Below, one piece after another: positions 30,096 through 39,621 of a stretch of DNA of 64,000 nucleotides. The first letter of the stretch is position 1; the number at the start of each line of letters is the position of its first letter. A model generated the notes under the pieces. It did not search any database and was not told the DNA's origin. It saw nothing but the letters and a program-made list of their open reading frames with translations. The stretch comes from an uncultured Actinomycetes bacterium. GTDB lineage: Bacteria; Actinomycetota; Thermoleophilia; UBA2241. Where the stretch lies: NCBI GenBank assembly GCA_963767005.1, contig CAVYCN010000002.1:1-64000 (forward strand). The letters run 5' to 3'. The position numbers were made by a program, and so were the translations under genes.

Positions 30096-31864
30096 GACGG
30101 CTCCTCGCTCGCGGCCTCGGCGCCGTCGTCGAGCTCCCGGCGCTCGGCCCTGCTCAGCTTCTCGTGGCCCTCGTGCTCGCCGAGCCGGCGGCCCGTGAGC
30201 AAGCCGGGCACCGCCGCGAGCAGGGCGGCCAGGGCGGCGACCAGGAAGGGCCACTGGAACGACTTCGCGATGTCGTCGCGGTAGATCGCGACGATACCGG
30301 CCGTAAGGCGCTGCTGGGCGAGCGCCGCCGGCGAGCCGGCGGGCGCCTGCGGCCCGAGTCCCGCGAGGTTGCTGCGCAGGGTCGATGCCGCGTCGCCGCC
30401 GCCCGACTTCGCGGCCGCGGCGGCGGTCGTCTCGAGCTGGTGGGCGATGCTCGCCCTGGCGGACGCCGGCACCTGCTGCTGGGCGTTCACGTAGCGCACG
30501 GCGTGGACCGTGGCCGTCTGCGCGTTCAGTGCCACGGTGTGCGAGAAGATCGCGACCAGCACGGCGACGCCGAGCGTGAAGCCCACCTGGCGCAGCGTGT
30601 TGAGCGAGCCCGAGCCGACGCCGCGGACCTGGGGCGGCAGCGAGGCCATCGAGGCGGCCGAGAGGGTGGGCATGGCGAAGCCCATGCCGCCGCCGATGAA
30701 GGCGATGCGCCACATGATCTGCGGCAGGGTGGAGGTGCCGGTGAGGCGCGACAGCAGGACGAGGCCCACGGCGAAGAGCGCGGCGCCCAGCACGGCCGGC
30801 ACGCGCGGCCCGATGCGGTCGACCAGGCGCCCGGCGTTGGGCGCGATCACGAGGGCGATCAGCGGCATGACGGTGAGGGCGAGCGCGGCGCGCAGCTCAG
30901 AGTAGCCCAGCACGTCGACCATGAAGATCACGACCAGCAGGAACGTGCCGCCCATGGCGACGCCGATGAACATGATGGCGCTGTTGGCCGCCGTGAACGA
31001 GCGGATGCGCAGCAGCTCGAGCGGGAACATGGGGTGCTGAGTGCGACGCTCCCACCAGACGAACAGCGGATAGCAGGCGACGGCCGCGACGAACAGCGCG
31101 ATCACGCCCGGCGAGCGCCAGCCCCAGGAGTTGCCCTGTACCAGGGCGAGGGTGAGCAGGAACAGGCCGCCGGCCGACACGAGGACACCGGGCACATCGA
31201 TGCCGCCCTCGCTGTGGCCGCGGTGCACCCGGTGCGGGATCACGAGGGCGGCGAAGACTACGGCGGCCACGCCGATCGGCACGTTCACGAAGAAGATCCA
31301 CTTCCAGCCGTGCGCGCCGCCGTAGGTCACGAGCAGACCGCCGAGCGTGGGTCCGACCGCCGCGGCGGCCGTGCCCAGGGCGCCCCACAGGCCGACGGCC
31401 ATGCCCTGCTGGTGCTTGGGAAACGCGCCCAGCACGATGGCCAGCGACAGCGTGAGCAGGGCGGCGCCGCCCAGACCCTGTCCGGCGCGGAAGGCGATCA
31501 GCCAGCCGATGTTCGGCGAGAGGCCGCAGAGCAGCGAGAACGCGGTGAACGTGACGAGGCCGAAGATGAAGACGCGCTTCTGGCCGTAACGGTCGGAGAT
31601 GCGGCCCATCGACAGGAAGAACGCGGCGAGCACGAGGCTGTAGGCGTTCAGCACCCAGGACACGCTGGTCACGTTGGTGCGCAGGTCCTTGATGATGGCC
31701 GGGATCGCGATATTGACGATCGTCACGTCGAGCAGCGCCATGAACATGCCGACCGACACGGCGACCAGGATCCACCACTTGCGGGGGTGACCGGTGTCGG
31801 CGCCCGCGGTCGGCACGGCGAACGCATCGGGGGTGGCGGGGGCAGGTGGTGCGGTCGAGCTCAA
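30092..31864 (-). CDS. DHA2-family MFS drug:H+ antiporter
   Basis: FM..LD.TIVNIA.P, W...AY, GR.SDRYG.K, GP.LGG, W.WIF.VNVPIG; TTG start after GGGAGGA. Confidence 0.93.
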   Translation of the reverse strand: MSSTAPPAPATPDAFAVPTAGADTGHPRKWWILVAVSVGMFMALLDVTIVNIAIPAIIKDLRTNVTSVSWVLNAYSLVLAAFFLSMGRISDRYGQKRVFIFGLVTFTAFSLLCGLSPNIGWLIAFRAGQGLGGAALLTLSLAIVLGAFPKHQQGMAVGLWGALGTAAAAVGPTLGGLLVTYGGAHGWKWIFFVNVPIGVAAVVFAALVIPHRVHRGHSEGGIDVPGVLVSAGGLFLLTLALVQGNSWGWRSPGVIALFVAAVACYPLFVWWERRTQHPMFPLELLRIRSFTAANSAIMFIGVAMGGTFLLVVIFMVDVLGYSELRAALALTVMPLIALVIAPNAGRLVDRIGPRVPAVLGAALFAVGLVLLSRLTGTSTLPQIMWRIAFIGGGMGFAMPTLSAASMASLPPQVRGVGSGSLNTLRQVGFTLGVAVLVAIFSHTVALNAQTATVHAVRYVNAQQQVPASARASIAHQLETTAAAAAKSGGGDAASTLRSNLAGLGPQAPAGSPAALAQQRLTAGIVAIYRDDIAKSFQWPFLVAALAALLAAVPGLLTGRRLGEHEGHEKLSRAERRELDDGAEAASEEPS

Positions 31865-33867
31865 GCGGTCCTCCCTGGATCGTCTGTGTGTCGGTCGGTG
31901 AGGGGAGTGGCAGGTGATGCCGCGGGTCGGTCCGCGGGCGACGCGGTGACTGCCGCCGTGGAACCGTCGGCGCTCGCCGGCGCAGCCGCGCTCACGAGCT
32001 CCACGAAGGCCTCGTCGAAGCTGGCCGGTACAACCCTCAGATGGGCCGCGACGCGGCGCGCGTCGAGGGCCGCGGCCACGCGCTCCGCGTCGCCGCCCGC
32101 CACGCGAACGCGCCGGCCGGACAAGGCGGTCGGCAGGCCGGCGTCGTCGAGCGCGCGGAAGGCGTCGTCCCAGCGTTCGGCTTCGACCTCGACGGTGGTG
32201 GCGTCGCCGACGATGTCGGCGATCGTGCCGGCGGCGACCACGCGGCCGGCCGCCATGAGGACGAGACGGTCGCACTGCTCGGCCTCGTCCATGGCGTGCG
32301 TCGTGACGAGCACGCCGGCGCCGCCCGCGGCGGCACCCTGGATCGTCTCCCATAGGCGCGCCCGGGCGAGGGCCGCGACGCCCGACGTGGGTTCGTCGAG
32401 CACGAGCAGCTCGGGCCGGTGGGCGAGCGCGGCGGCGAAGGCGAGGCGGCGGCGCAGGCCGAGCGGCAGGTCGCGCACCAGCGCACCGCCGCGCGCGGCG
32501 AGCTCGGCATCGGGTGCGGCGGCGCACTCGTGCGCGGGCGCCGCCGGGTCGGCGAAGGCGCGGCGCGAGAAGGCCAGGTTCTCGTCGACCGTGAGGTCGT
32601 CCCACACGCCCAGGCTCTGGGGGACGTAGCCCAGGCGCAGGCGGCCGGCGCGCGAGGGCGGCGCACCGAACAGATCGACCGCGCCCGCGCTGGGCCGCAG
32701 CAGGCCGAGCAGGAGGCGGATCAGCGTCGTCTTGCCGGCGCCGTTGGCGCCGAGCAGGCCGACGGTCTCGCCGGGCCGCACGGTCAGGTCGACGCCGTCG
32801 ACGGCGACGAAGTCACCGAACCGGCGCGTGACGCCGCGCGTGGCCGCGAGGGCCGTTTCGTCGCCGCGCGTCGGCAGAGGTGACGTCGGGGCGTGCGGCG
32901 CTGCAGCGGCGGTCGCGGCCGCCCCCTCGTTGGACGGTGAGCCGGCGCCGCCGCGCGCCAGAGCGGCGACGATGACGGCGTCGGTCAAGTCGGCGGTGAC
33001 AGGGAGGGCGCCGGCCGGGGCGGCCGGCGCAGTCGCGGCGCGGTCGGGCGCGGCGGGGGGCAGCCAGAGGTGCAGGTGGCGGCCGCGGGGCCAGGCGGCC
33101 CAGCCGCCTGGCCCCGCGGCTGCCACCGTCTCGACGACGCGCCCCGGCAGTCGCGCGACGATCTCGTCGGGCGTGCCCGCGGCGAGCACGCGACCGTCGT
33201 CGAGCACGAGGACGGTCGCGGCTCGTTCGGCCTCGTCGAGGTAGGTGGTCGCCATGACGACGGCGGTGCCCGCGGCTGCGGCGCCGGCGATCAGCCGCCA
33301 GATGTCGGCGCGGCTCACGGGATCGACGCCGGTCGTGGGCTCGTCGAGCACCAGCAGCGCGGGATCGTGCACCGCGGCGAGGACGAAGGCGAGCTTCTGG
33401 CGCATGCCGCCCGACAGGTGCCCGGCGAGGCGGTCGCGGGCTGCGTCGAGACCGGCGCGGGCGAGCAGCGGCGCGGCCCGCGTCTCGAGCTGCGCGCCGA
33501 GCAGGCCGTAGGCGCCGGCGACGAAGTCGAGGTTCTCGGTCACGGTCAAGTCGTCGTAGGCCCCGGCGCCGGCCGACACGAAGCCGACGTCGCCGGCCGG
33601 CGGCCGCATGACGCGGCCGGCGGCGGGGGCGTGGAGACCGGCGAGCGTGCGCAGCAGGGTCGACTTGCCCGCGCCGTCGCCGCCGACCACGGCCGTCACC
33701 GCGCCGGCCGGAGCGTGCAGCGAGACGCCGGCGAGCGCGACACGGTGGCCGAACCGCACCTCGACGTGGCGCAGCCCCCAGGCGGGGTCTCCGGCGGTAG
33801 CCGGAGCCTCGGCTTGGGGCGCCGCCGGGCCGGCCCCGACCGTATCGATGGTCGGTCCGCCGCTCAC
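31861..33867 (-). CDS. ABC transporter ATP-binding protein with two NBDs
   Basis: GGDGAGKST...LSGGMRQK...LDEPT; GANGAGKTT...LPLG.RRR...LDEPT. Confidence 0.9.
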   Translation of the reverse strand: MSGGPTIDTVGAGPAAPQAEAPATAGDPAWGLRHVEVRFGHRVALAGVSLHAPAGAVTAVVGGDGAGKSTLLRTLAGLHAPAAGRVMRPPAGDVGFVSAGAGAYDDLTVTENLDFVAGAYGLLGAQLETRAAPLLARAGLDAARDRLAGHLSGGMRQKLAFVLAAVHDPALLVLDEPTTGVDPVSRADIWRLIAGAAAAGTAVVMATTYLDEAERAATVLVLDDGRVLAAGTPDEIVARLPGRVVETVAAAGPGGWAAWPRGRHLHLWLPPAAPDRAATAPAAPAGALPVTADLTDAVIVAALARGGAGSPSNEGAAATAAAAPHAPTSPLPTRGDETALAATRGVTRRFGDFVAVDGVDLTVRPGETVGLLGANGAGKTTLIRLLLGLLRPSAGAVDLFGAPPSRAGRLRLGYVPQSLGVWDDLTVDENLAFSRRAFADPAAPAHECAAAPDAELAARGGALVRDLPLGLRRRLAFAAALAHRPELLVLDEPTSGVAALARARLWETIQGAAAGGAGVLVTTHAMDEAEQCDRLVLMAAGRVVAAGTIADIVGDATTVEVEAERWDDAFRALDDAGLPTALSGRRVRVAGGDAERVAAALDARRVAAHLRVVPASFDEAFVELVSAAAPASADGSTAAVTASPADRPAASPATPLTDRHTDDPGRTA

Positions 33868-35123
33868 GTCGTCGCGACCCCGCCGCCGGCCGCGGCCGGA
33901 CCGGCGCCGGCCGGCGGCGCGGGCGGCGCGCCCGGCACGTCGCTGCCGAAGGCCGCGGCGCTCGCCGCCCGCCCGGCCGGTGCCAGGTCGCGCCGGAAGC
34001 GCAGCACCGAGAGGCCGAAGATAGCCAGGCCGAGCACGGCCAGCATGAGCAGCGGGAACCAGAGCGCGCTCGCCGGTTCGCCGCGCACCATGACGCCGCG
34101 GGCGATCTTCACGAAGTAGGTGAGCGGCAGCACGTAGGGGATCCAGCGCACGCCGGCGGCCATCGCGTAGATGGGAAAGAAGAGGCCCGACAGCAGGATC
34201 TGCGGCAGGAGCGTCATCATGGCGAGCTGGATCGCCTGCCCCTGCGTCTGCGAGATGGTCGAGATCAGCACGCCGACCCCGAGGGTGACGAACAGGAAGA
34301 GCGCCGCGCCCAGCGCGAAGGTGAGCACCGAGCCGCGGAACGGCACGCCGAACAGCGCCATGCCGACGAGCACGATCACGACCATGTCGATGGCCGCGAT
34401 CACGAGGTAGGGCGCGATCTTGCCGACGAACACCTGCCAGGCCTTGAAGGGCATCACGGCGAGCTGCTCGAGGGTGCCGGCCTGGCGCTCGCGGACCACG
34501 CCGAGGGCGGTCGCGACGGTGCCGACGAAGACGAGGATGATGCCGCAGAGGCCCGGGATCATGATGACCGACGTCTTGAGCTCGGGGTTGAAGAGCACCT
34601 GGGGTGTCGGGAGCGTCACACCGCCGGCCGTCGTGCCGCTCACCGGCGTGCCGGCGGCCGTGCCTCCCACGACGCCGACGATGCCCGTGCTCCCCGACTC
34701 CGTGCCGCCGATCTTCGTGGCCTGGCCGCTCAGTGCGGCGGCGCTCGAAGCCTTCAGCTCGGTGAAGGCCGACACGGCGGCGCGCGCCGCGAACAGCTCG
34801 GTGCCGTCGATCAGGATGGCCGCTCGCCCGGTGGCGGATGCGGGCGTGACGATGGCGACGGTCGCGGTGCCGTCGCGCAGCGCCGCGCGCGCCTGCGCGA
34901 GGCCATCGCCCGGGCGCACCGCCAGCACGTCGAGCTGGCCCGGCAGGTGGGCGGCGACCGGCACGGCCAGCGGTCCGACGACGACGGTCGGCACGTTCTT
35001 CACGTCGAAACTCGCCGCGTAGCCGAACACGACGAGGAACAGGACGGGCAGCATGAACAGCAGGGCGACGGTGCGGCGGTCGCGGCGTAGCTGGCGGAAC
35101 TCCTTGACGACGATCGCCCACAC
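33864..35123 (-). CDS. ABC-2 type exporter permease
   Basis: KEFRQL.RDRRT, RER..GTLEQL...P, LSG.F.PI..M, PLTYF; SD GGAGG then GTG. Confidence 0.92.
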   Translation of the reverse strand: MWAIVVKEFRQLRRDRRTVALLFMLPVLFLVVFGYAASFDVKNVPTVVVGPLAVPVAAHLPGQLDVLAVRPGDGLAQARAALRDGTATVAIVTPASATGRAAILIDGTELFAARAAVSAFTELKASSAAALSGQATKIGGTESGSTGIVGVVGGTAAGTPVSGTTAGGVTLPTPQVLFNPELKTSVIMIPGLCGIILVFVGTVATALGVVRERQAGTLEQLAVMPFKAWQVFVGKIAPYLVIAAIDMVVIVLVGMALFGVPFRGSVLTFALGAALFLFVTLGVGVLISTISQTQGQAIQLAMMTLLPQILLSGLFFPIYAMAAGVRWIPYVLPLTYFVKIARGVMVRGEPASALWFPLLMLAVLGLAIFGLSVLRFRRDLAPAGRAASAAAFGSDVPGAPPAPPAGAGPAAAGGGVATT

Positions 35124-35186
35124 GGCCGGCCTCCAATTCCGCCGTCCTGACCGCCGCCGCGGCCGCACCCGGGCCCGGTGGCGAAG

Positions 35187-35231
35187 AACTCAACAGTTGG
35201 TGAATTCTACGCATGTTGAATTCTCTGTCAA
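35187..35231 (-). promoter_or_regulatory. Efflux operon promoter overlapped by two palindromic (TetR-type) operators
   Basis: Minus strand TTGACA-N16-TAGAAT; AACTCAAC-N4-GGTGAATT (35187-35206) and AATTCTAC-N4-GTTGAATT (35203-35222). Confidence 0.7.
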
Positions 35232-35434
35232 CCGTTCGCCACGGGGCTCCGACGCGCCCGCTGGGGGCCGCGGCGGCGGTGCCGCGGGACATCAAGTTCT
35301 GGCCCGCGCTTGTCGACTACCTACATAGGCGCGCGCGGGTGTGTGGGCAGACTGCTCCAGCCGGATGGACGCTGCGGATCGCGGGGCGATCGGCCGGCAC
35401 TCGCGCGCGAAACGATCGACGCAGGGATGCCTTC

Positions 35435-38400
35435 ATGGCAGGGAGCAGGCACGACGAGGAGACCGCCGAGCGGTTCCTCGTCGACGTCGAGCAGGACAAG
35501 CTGCGGGCGCAGGCCCTGCTGGCGCTCGTCGATGCCGCCCCCGGGGCCGTCGACGAGCTCGGCGCCGATCGCGCCCTGCCGCACATCTGCGCCCGCCTGC
35601 TGCGCGCCATGGACTGCACGACGGCGGTGCTCTCGCTCGTCGACTTCGGGCACGACACGCTCGAGTCGGTCGCCGGCTTCGACGTGAGCGGGGTCCGCAC
35701 CGCGGTGCGCGGCTCGCGCCCGCTGGCCGACGAACCCCTCGCGGCGCGCGTCATCGCCAATCGCGAGCCGCTCTTCGCCACACCCGACCCCGGCGCCGAG
35801 CAGCACCTGCGCAAGGCGCCGGCGGCACCCCTCGAGGGCGGCTGGCTCGCGCTGCCGCTCGTCGTGCACGGCGAGAGCGTCGGCATGATCGAGCTGCTCG
35901 CGGGGCGGCGTGAGCGGCGCTACACGACGGCTGAGCTCGTGCTGGCCCAGGGCGTCTGTGTGACGATCGCCCAGGCCGTGATCGACTCGCAGCTCTTCGC
36001 CGGCTTCCGGCGCGCGCCGGCCGACGCGGCCGTAGCCGGTGGCGTCGTTGCCGGCGAGGCCGGTCCGCGCGCCGCCGAGCGCACGCTGGCCGACATCGCC
36101 CGGCGCCTGGCCGAGGGTCTCGAGGTCGAGCACTGCGACGTGCTGATCCGTCAAGAGACGTCGGGGGCCGTCAAGGCCGTCGCGCGCTACCGGACCGGCG
36201 ACGGCGACCGGGACAGGAGCCTCGGCGACGACCAGATCTACGGTCTCGGCGACGTGGGCGCCCGTGCCCGCGCCGCCGCCGAGCGCCGCATCGCGACGGC
36301 CCACGACGACGACCTCGAGCTGCCGGCCGACGAGCGCGCCGAGATGATCGCCCGCGGTCAGCGCGCCGTCCTGTACGTGCCCATCGTCGCCGACGACGAG
36401 GTCGTCGGCTTTCTCTGCGCGATCGAGCGGCGTCACTCGCGGCGCTTCACCAAGGCCGACGAGACCTTCGCCGCGCGCCTGGCCGACGAGGCCGGCGTCG
36501 CGGTGCAGAGCGCCCGCATCATCGACAGCCTCGACTCGCAGAACCGCGAGCAGCGCCTGCTGCTCGAGACCGGGGCGGCGATCGCGTCGGCCGGCGACCT
36601 GCGGGCGACCCTGTCGACGATCACCGAGCGCCTCGTGCAGACCCTCGGCGTGGCCTGGTCGAACGTCTACGACTATCACGCCGACACGCAGGAGCTCGAG
36701 GTCATCGCCTACTACCAGGTGCCGAACCTGCCGGTCGACCCCGACTGGATCGGGCGGCGCTTCACGAGCAAGACGTGGCCCGACGGCCTCGCCGCCGTCG
36801 CCGCCAAGCGGCTGCAGACCCACTACTACGACTACTCGCGCCTGTCGTTCGAGGACTTCCAGTCGATGGTGGCCTGGGGCGAGAAGGCGACGCTGTCGGT
36901 CCCGCTGATCTACGGCGACGAGGTCTTCGGCGTGCTCGATGTGGCCGAGTCGCGCTACCCGCGACGCTTCACGGCCGACGAGGTCCGCCTCGCCGAGGCG
37001 ATCGGCGCGCAGGCCGCCGTGGCCCTGCACAACGCCCGCGCGATCGACGAGGCCGAGCGGCGCAACGCCGACCTGGCGACCCTGCTCGGAGTGGCCGCCA
37101 CGCTGAGCGCGGCCGACCGTGGGAGTGTGCCGTCGGCCGTCGCGCGCCACCTGCGCGAGGCCCTGGGCACGGCGACCGCCGAGGTCTACCAGTACGACGC
37201 GGCGCGGCGCGCCCTCGATCTGGTCGCCGCCGACGCCGCCGACGCGGCCGCGTCGCTCCTGCCCGAGACGTGGTCGGACCGCTACCGGCTGGCCGACGAC
37301 CCCTTGCTCGGGCGCTGCATCGACGAACGTCGAGTGACGGCCGTACAGGCCGACGACCCCGGGTTGCCCGGGCCGACCGTGGCCGGTCTCGAGCGCCGCT
37401 GCGACGCCGGCGAGCTCTGGGTGCCGATGGTCTACCAGGACGAGGTCCTCGGCCTACTCACGGCCACCGAGACGTCGGCCGGCCGGTGCTTCACAAGCGA
37501 CGAGCTGGAGCTCGCCGGGGGCATCGCCGCTCAGGGCGCGGCCGCGTTGCAGAACGTGCGCGCCTACGAACGCCTCGAACGCGAGCGCGCCGCCCTCGCC
37601 ATCCTCAACCAGCGGCTGTCGGCCTTCGTCGAGCTGTCGGGCCAGATGCGCGGCCTGCTGTCTGAGGAGCGGCTGCTCGACCTGCTCGGCCGCGTGCTGC
37701 ACGAGACCCTCGGCTTCAATCAGTGGGTGATCTACCTGCACGAGCCCGACCAGGAGCGCTTCGTCGTGGCCAAGTCGTTCGGCGGCACGCCCGAGATCGA
37801 CGAGCACTACCAGCAGACGCCGATCCCGGCACGGGTGATCGCGGGTCTGCTCGACGGGGCGCGGACCATCTCGCAGTCGCACTTCGTCGACCACCTCCTC
37901 CACACCTGGACGGCCGAGGAGAACTACTACCTGCCCGGCGAGGAGCTCGTCGGGGAGCGGCCCGAGGGCGAGTGGAACCAGTTCGACTCGCTCTTCGTGC
38001 CGATGCTCGGCCAGAAGGGCCAGGTGATCGGCTACATCGAGGCGTACGACCCGATCGACCGCCAGCGTCCGACCGACGAGGTCGTGCGCCTGATCGAGGT
38101 GTTCGCCAGCAAGGCGGCCAGCAACATCGAGCTGCAGCGGGCCTACGGCGAGCTCGAGCAGCAGTCGCGCACCGACGGTCTCACCGCCCTCTACAACCAC
38201 CGCTACTTCCAGGAGCGCCTGGCGTCGGAGATCGCCCGCGCGCAGCGCTTCGAGAAGCCGCTCGCCCTGCTCATGATCGACGTCGACAACTTCAAGGAGT
38301 TCAACGACGCCTTCGGCCACCCCCAGGGCGACCGTCTGCTCAAGTCGCTCGCCGACCTGCTCCTCGCCCAGACCCGGGCCCAGGTCGACGTGGTGGCGCG

Positions 38401-38716
38401 CTACGGCGGCGAGGAGTTCGTCGTGCTGCTGCTCGAGACAGCCCCCGGCGACGCCGCCGCGGCGGCCGAACGCCTGCAGGACCTGGTCGAGGGGCGCCGG
38501 CCGGCGGTGGCCGTCGCCGAGGCGATCCGCGAGGCGACCCAGGCGCAGATGTTCGACACCGCCGGCGGCAAGGCGGCCGGCGTCACGGTCAGCGTCGGCG
38601 TCGCCACGTTCCCCGATCACGCATCGACCGCCGACCAACTCGTCGCCAACGCCGACAAGGCGCTCTACCTGGCCAAGCGCCTGGGCAAGAACCGCACCTG
38701 CGTGTATCGTCAGTAG
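35435..38716 (+). CDS. Multi-GAF diguanylate cyclase
   Basis: About five GAF repeats; TDGLT.LYN.R, D.D.FK..ND..GH..GD, RYGGEEF, AD.ALY.AK..G.N. Confidence 0.93.
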   Translation: MAGSRHDEETAERFLVDVEQDKLRAQALLALVDAAPGAVDELGADRALPHICARLLRAMDCTTAVLSLVDFGHDTLESVAGFDVSGVRTAVRGSRPLADEPLAARVIANREPLFATPDPGAEQHLRKAPAAPLEGGWLALPLVVHGESVGMIELLAGRRERRYTTAELVLAQGVCVTIAQAVIDSQLFAGFRRAPADAAVAGGVVAGEAGPRAAERTLADIARRLAEGLEVEHCDVLIRQETSGAVKAVARYRTGDGDRDRSLGDDQIYGLGDVGARARAAAERRIATAHDDDLELPADERAEMIARGQRAVLYVPIVADDEVVGFLCAIERRHSRRFTKADETFAARLADEAGVAVQSARIIDSLDSQNREQRLLLETGAAIASAGDLRATLSTITERLVQTLGVAWSNVYDYHADTQELEVIAYYQVPNLPVDPDWIGRRFTSKTWPDGLAAVAAKRLQTHYYDYSRLSFEDFQSMVAWGEKATLSVPLIYGDEVFGVLDVAESRYPRRFTADEVRLAEAIGAQAAVALHNARAIDEAERRNADLATLLGVAATLSAADRGSVPSAVARHLREALGTATAEVYQYDAARRALDLVAADAADAAASLLPETWSDRYRLADDPLLGRCIDERRVTAVQADDPGLPGPTVAGLERRCDAGELWVPMVYQDEVLGLLTATETSAGRCFTSDELELAGGIAAQGAAALQNVRAYERLERERAALAILNQRLSAFVELSGQMRGLLSEERLLDLLGRVLHETLGFNQWVIYLHEPDQERFVVAKSFGGTPEIDEHYQQTPIPARVIAGLLDGARTISQSHFVDHLLHTWTAEENYYLPGEELVGERPEGEWNQFDSLFVPMLGQKGQVIGYIEAYDPIDRQRPTDEVVRLIEVFASKAASNIELQRAYGELEQQSRTDGLTALYNHRYFQERLASEIARAQRFEKPLALLMIDVDNFKEFNDAFGHPQGDRLLKSLADLLLAQTRAQVDVVARYGGEEFVVLLLETAPGDAAAAAERLQDLVEGRRPAVAVAEAIREATQAQMFDTAGGKAAGVTVSVGVATFPDHASTADQLVANADKALYLAKRLGKNRTCVYRQ

Positions 38717-38747
38717 CCCGCCGGCCGTGGCGACCAGAGGAGCGCAC

Positions 38748-39527
38748 GTGGAGCAGCTTGCCGTCGAGACCATCCTCGCCGAGCTTGCCGCGCAGGGTAG
38801 CGAAGCCGATCGCGCCGGCATGGCGCGCTACGGCATCCGGGTCGACGCGGCGGTCGGTGTCTCGGTGACCGTGCTGCGTCGCTTCGCCAAGCGGCTCGGG
38901 CGCGATCACGAGCTCGCCCTGGCCCTCTGGCGCTCCGGCGTGCACGAGGCCAGGCTGCTGGCCGCCTTCGTCGACGAGCCCGCCAGGGTCGACCCGGCGC
39001 AGATGGACCGCTGGGCGGCCGAGTTCGACTCGTGGGACGTCTGCGACGAGGTCACGACCGACCTGTTCGACCAGACCGCGTACGCCTGGGCCAAGGCGGC
39101 CGAGTGGGCGCGACGGCCCGAGGAGTTCGTCAAGCGGGCCGGCTTTGCCATGATGGCCGGCCTTGCCGTGCACGACAGGACCGCCGCCGACGACGCCTTC
39201 AGCGCGCTCTTCCCGCTCGTCGAGCGCGGCGCGTTCGACGAGCGCAACTTCGTGAAGAAGGCCGTGAGCTGGGCGCTGCGCAACATCGGCAAGCGCGACG
39301 CGGCGCTGCACGCGGCCGCGCTTTCGTGCGCGGAGCGCATCCGCGCCGCCGCCGACGAGCGCGCCGGCGGACCGCGCGGCGGCGACGCCGCCGCGCGCGC
39401 GGCGCGCTGGGTGGCAAACGACGTGACGCGCGAGCTGCGCTCGCCGAAGGTGCTCGCCCGGCTCGCGGGGAAGAGGGAGCGGGCGGGCAGGGGCTCGTCA
39501 GAGCCGCCGCCGCCCGCCGCCCCTTGA
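38748..39527 (+). CDS. AlkD-like DNA alkylation repair protein
   Basis: M.RYGI, LW..G.HEAR.LA, FDSWD.CD, EFVKRAGF, DERNFVKKAV.WALR.IGKR. Confidence 0.88.
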   Translation: MEQLAVETILAELAAQGSEADRAGMARYGIRVDAAVGVSVTVLRRFAKRLGRDHELALALWRSGVHEARLLAAFVDEPARVDPAQMDRWAAEFDSWDVCDEVTTDLFDQTAYAWAKAAEWARRPEEFVKRAGFAMMAGLAVHDRTAADDAFSALFPLVERGAFDERNFVKKAVSWALRNIGKRDAALHAAALSCAERIRAAADERAGGPRGGDAAARAARWVANDVTRELRSPKVLARLAGKRERAGRGSSEPPPPAAP

Positions 39528-39621
39528 CCGCGGGCGTAAGCTGAGAGCTGCAACGGGAGCGGCCCCGGCTCGTGGCCGGCGCGCTCCGCGTCCGGCAGCC
39601 CCCACTGAGACGGACGGCCGC

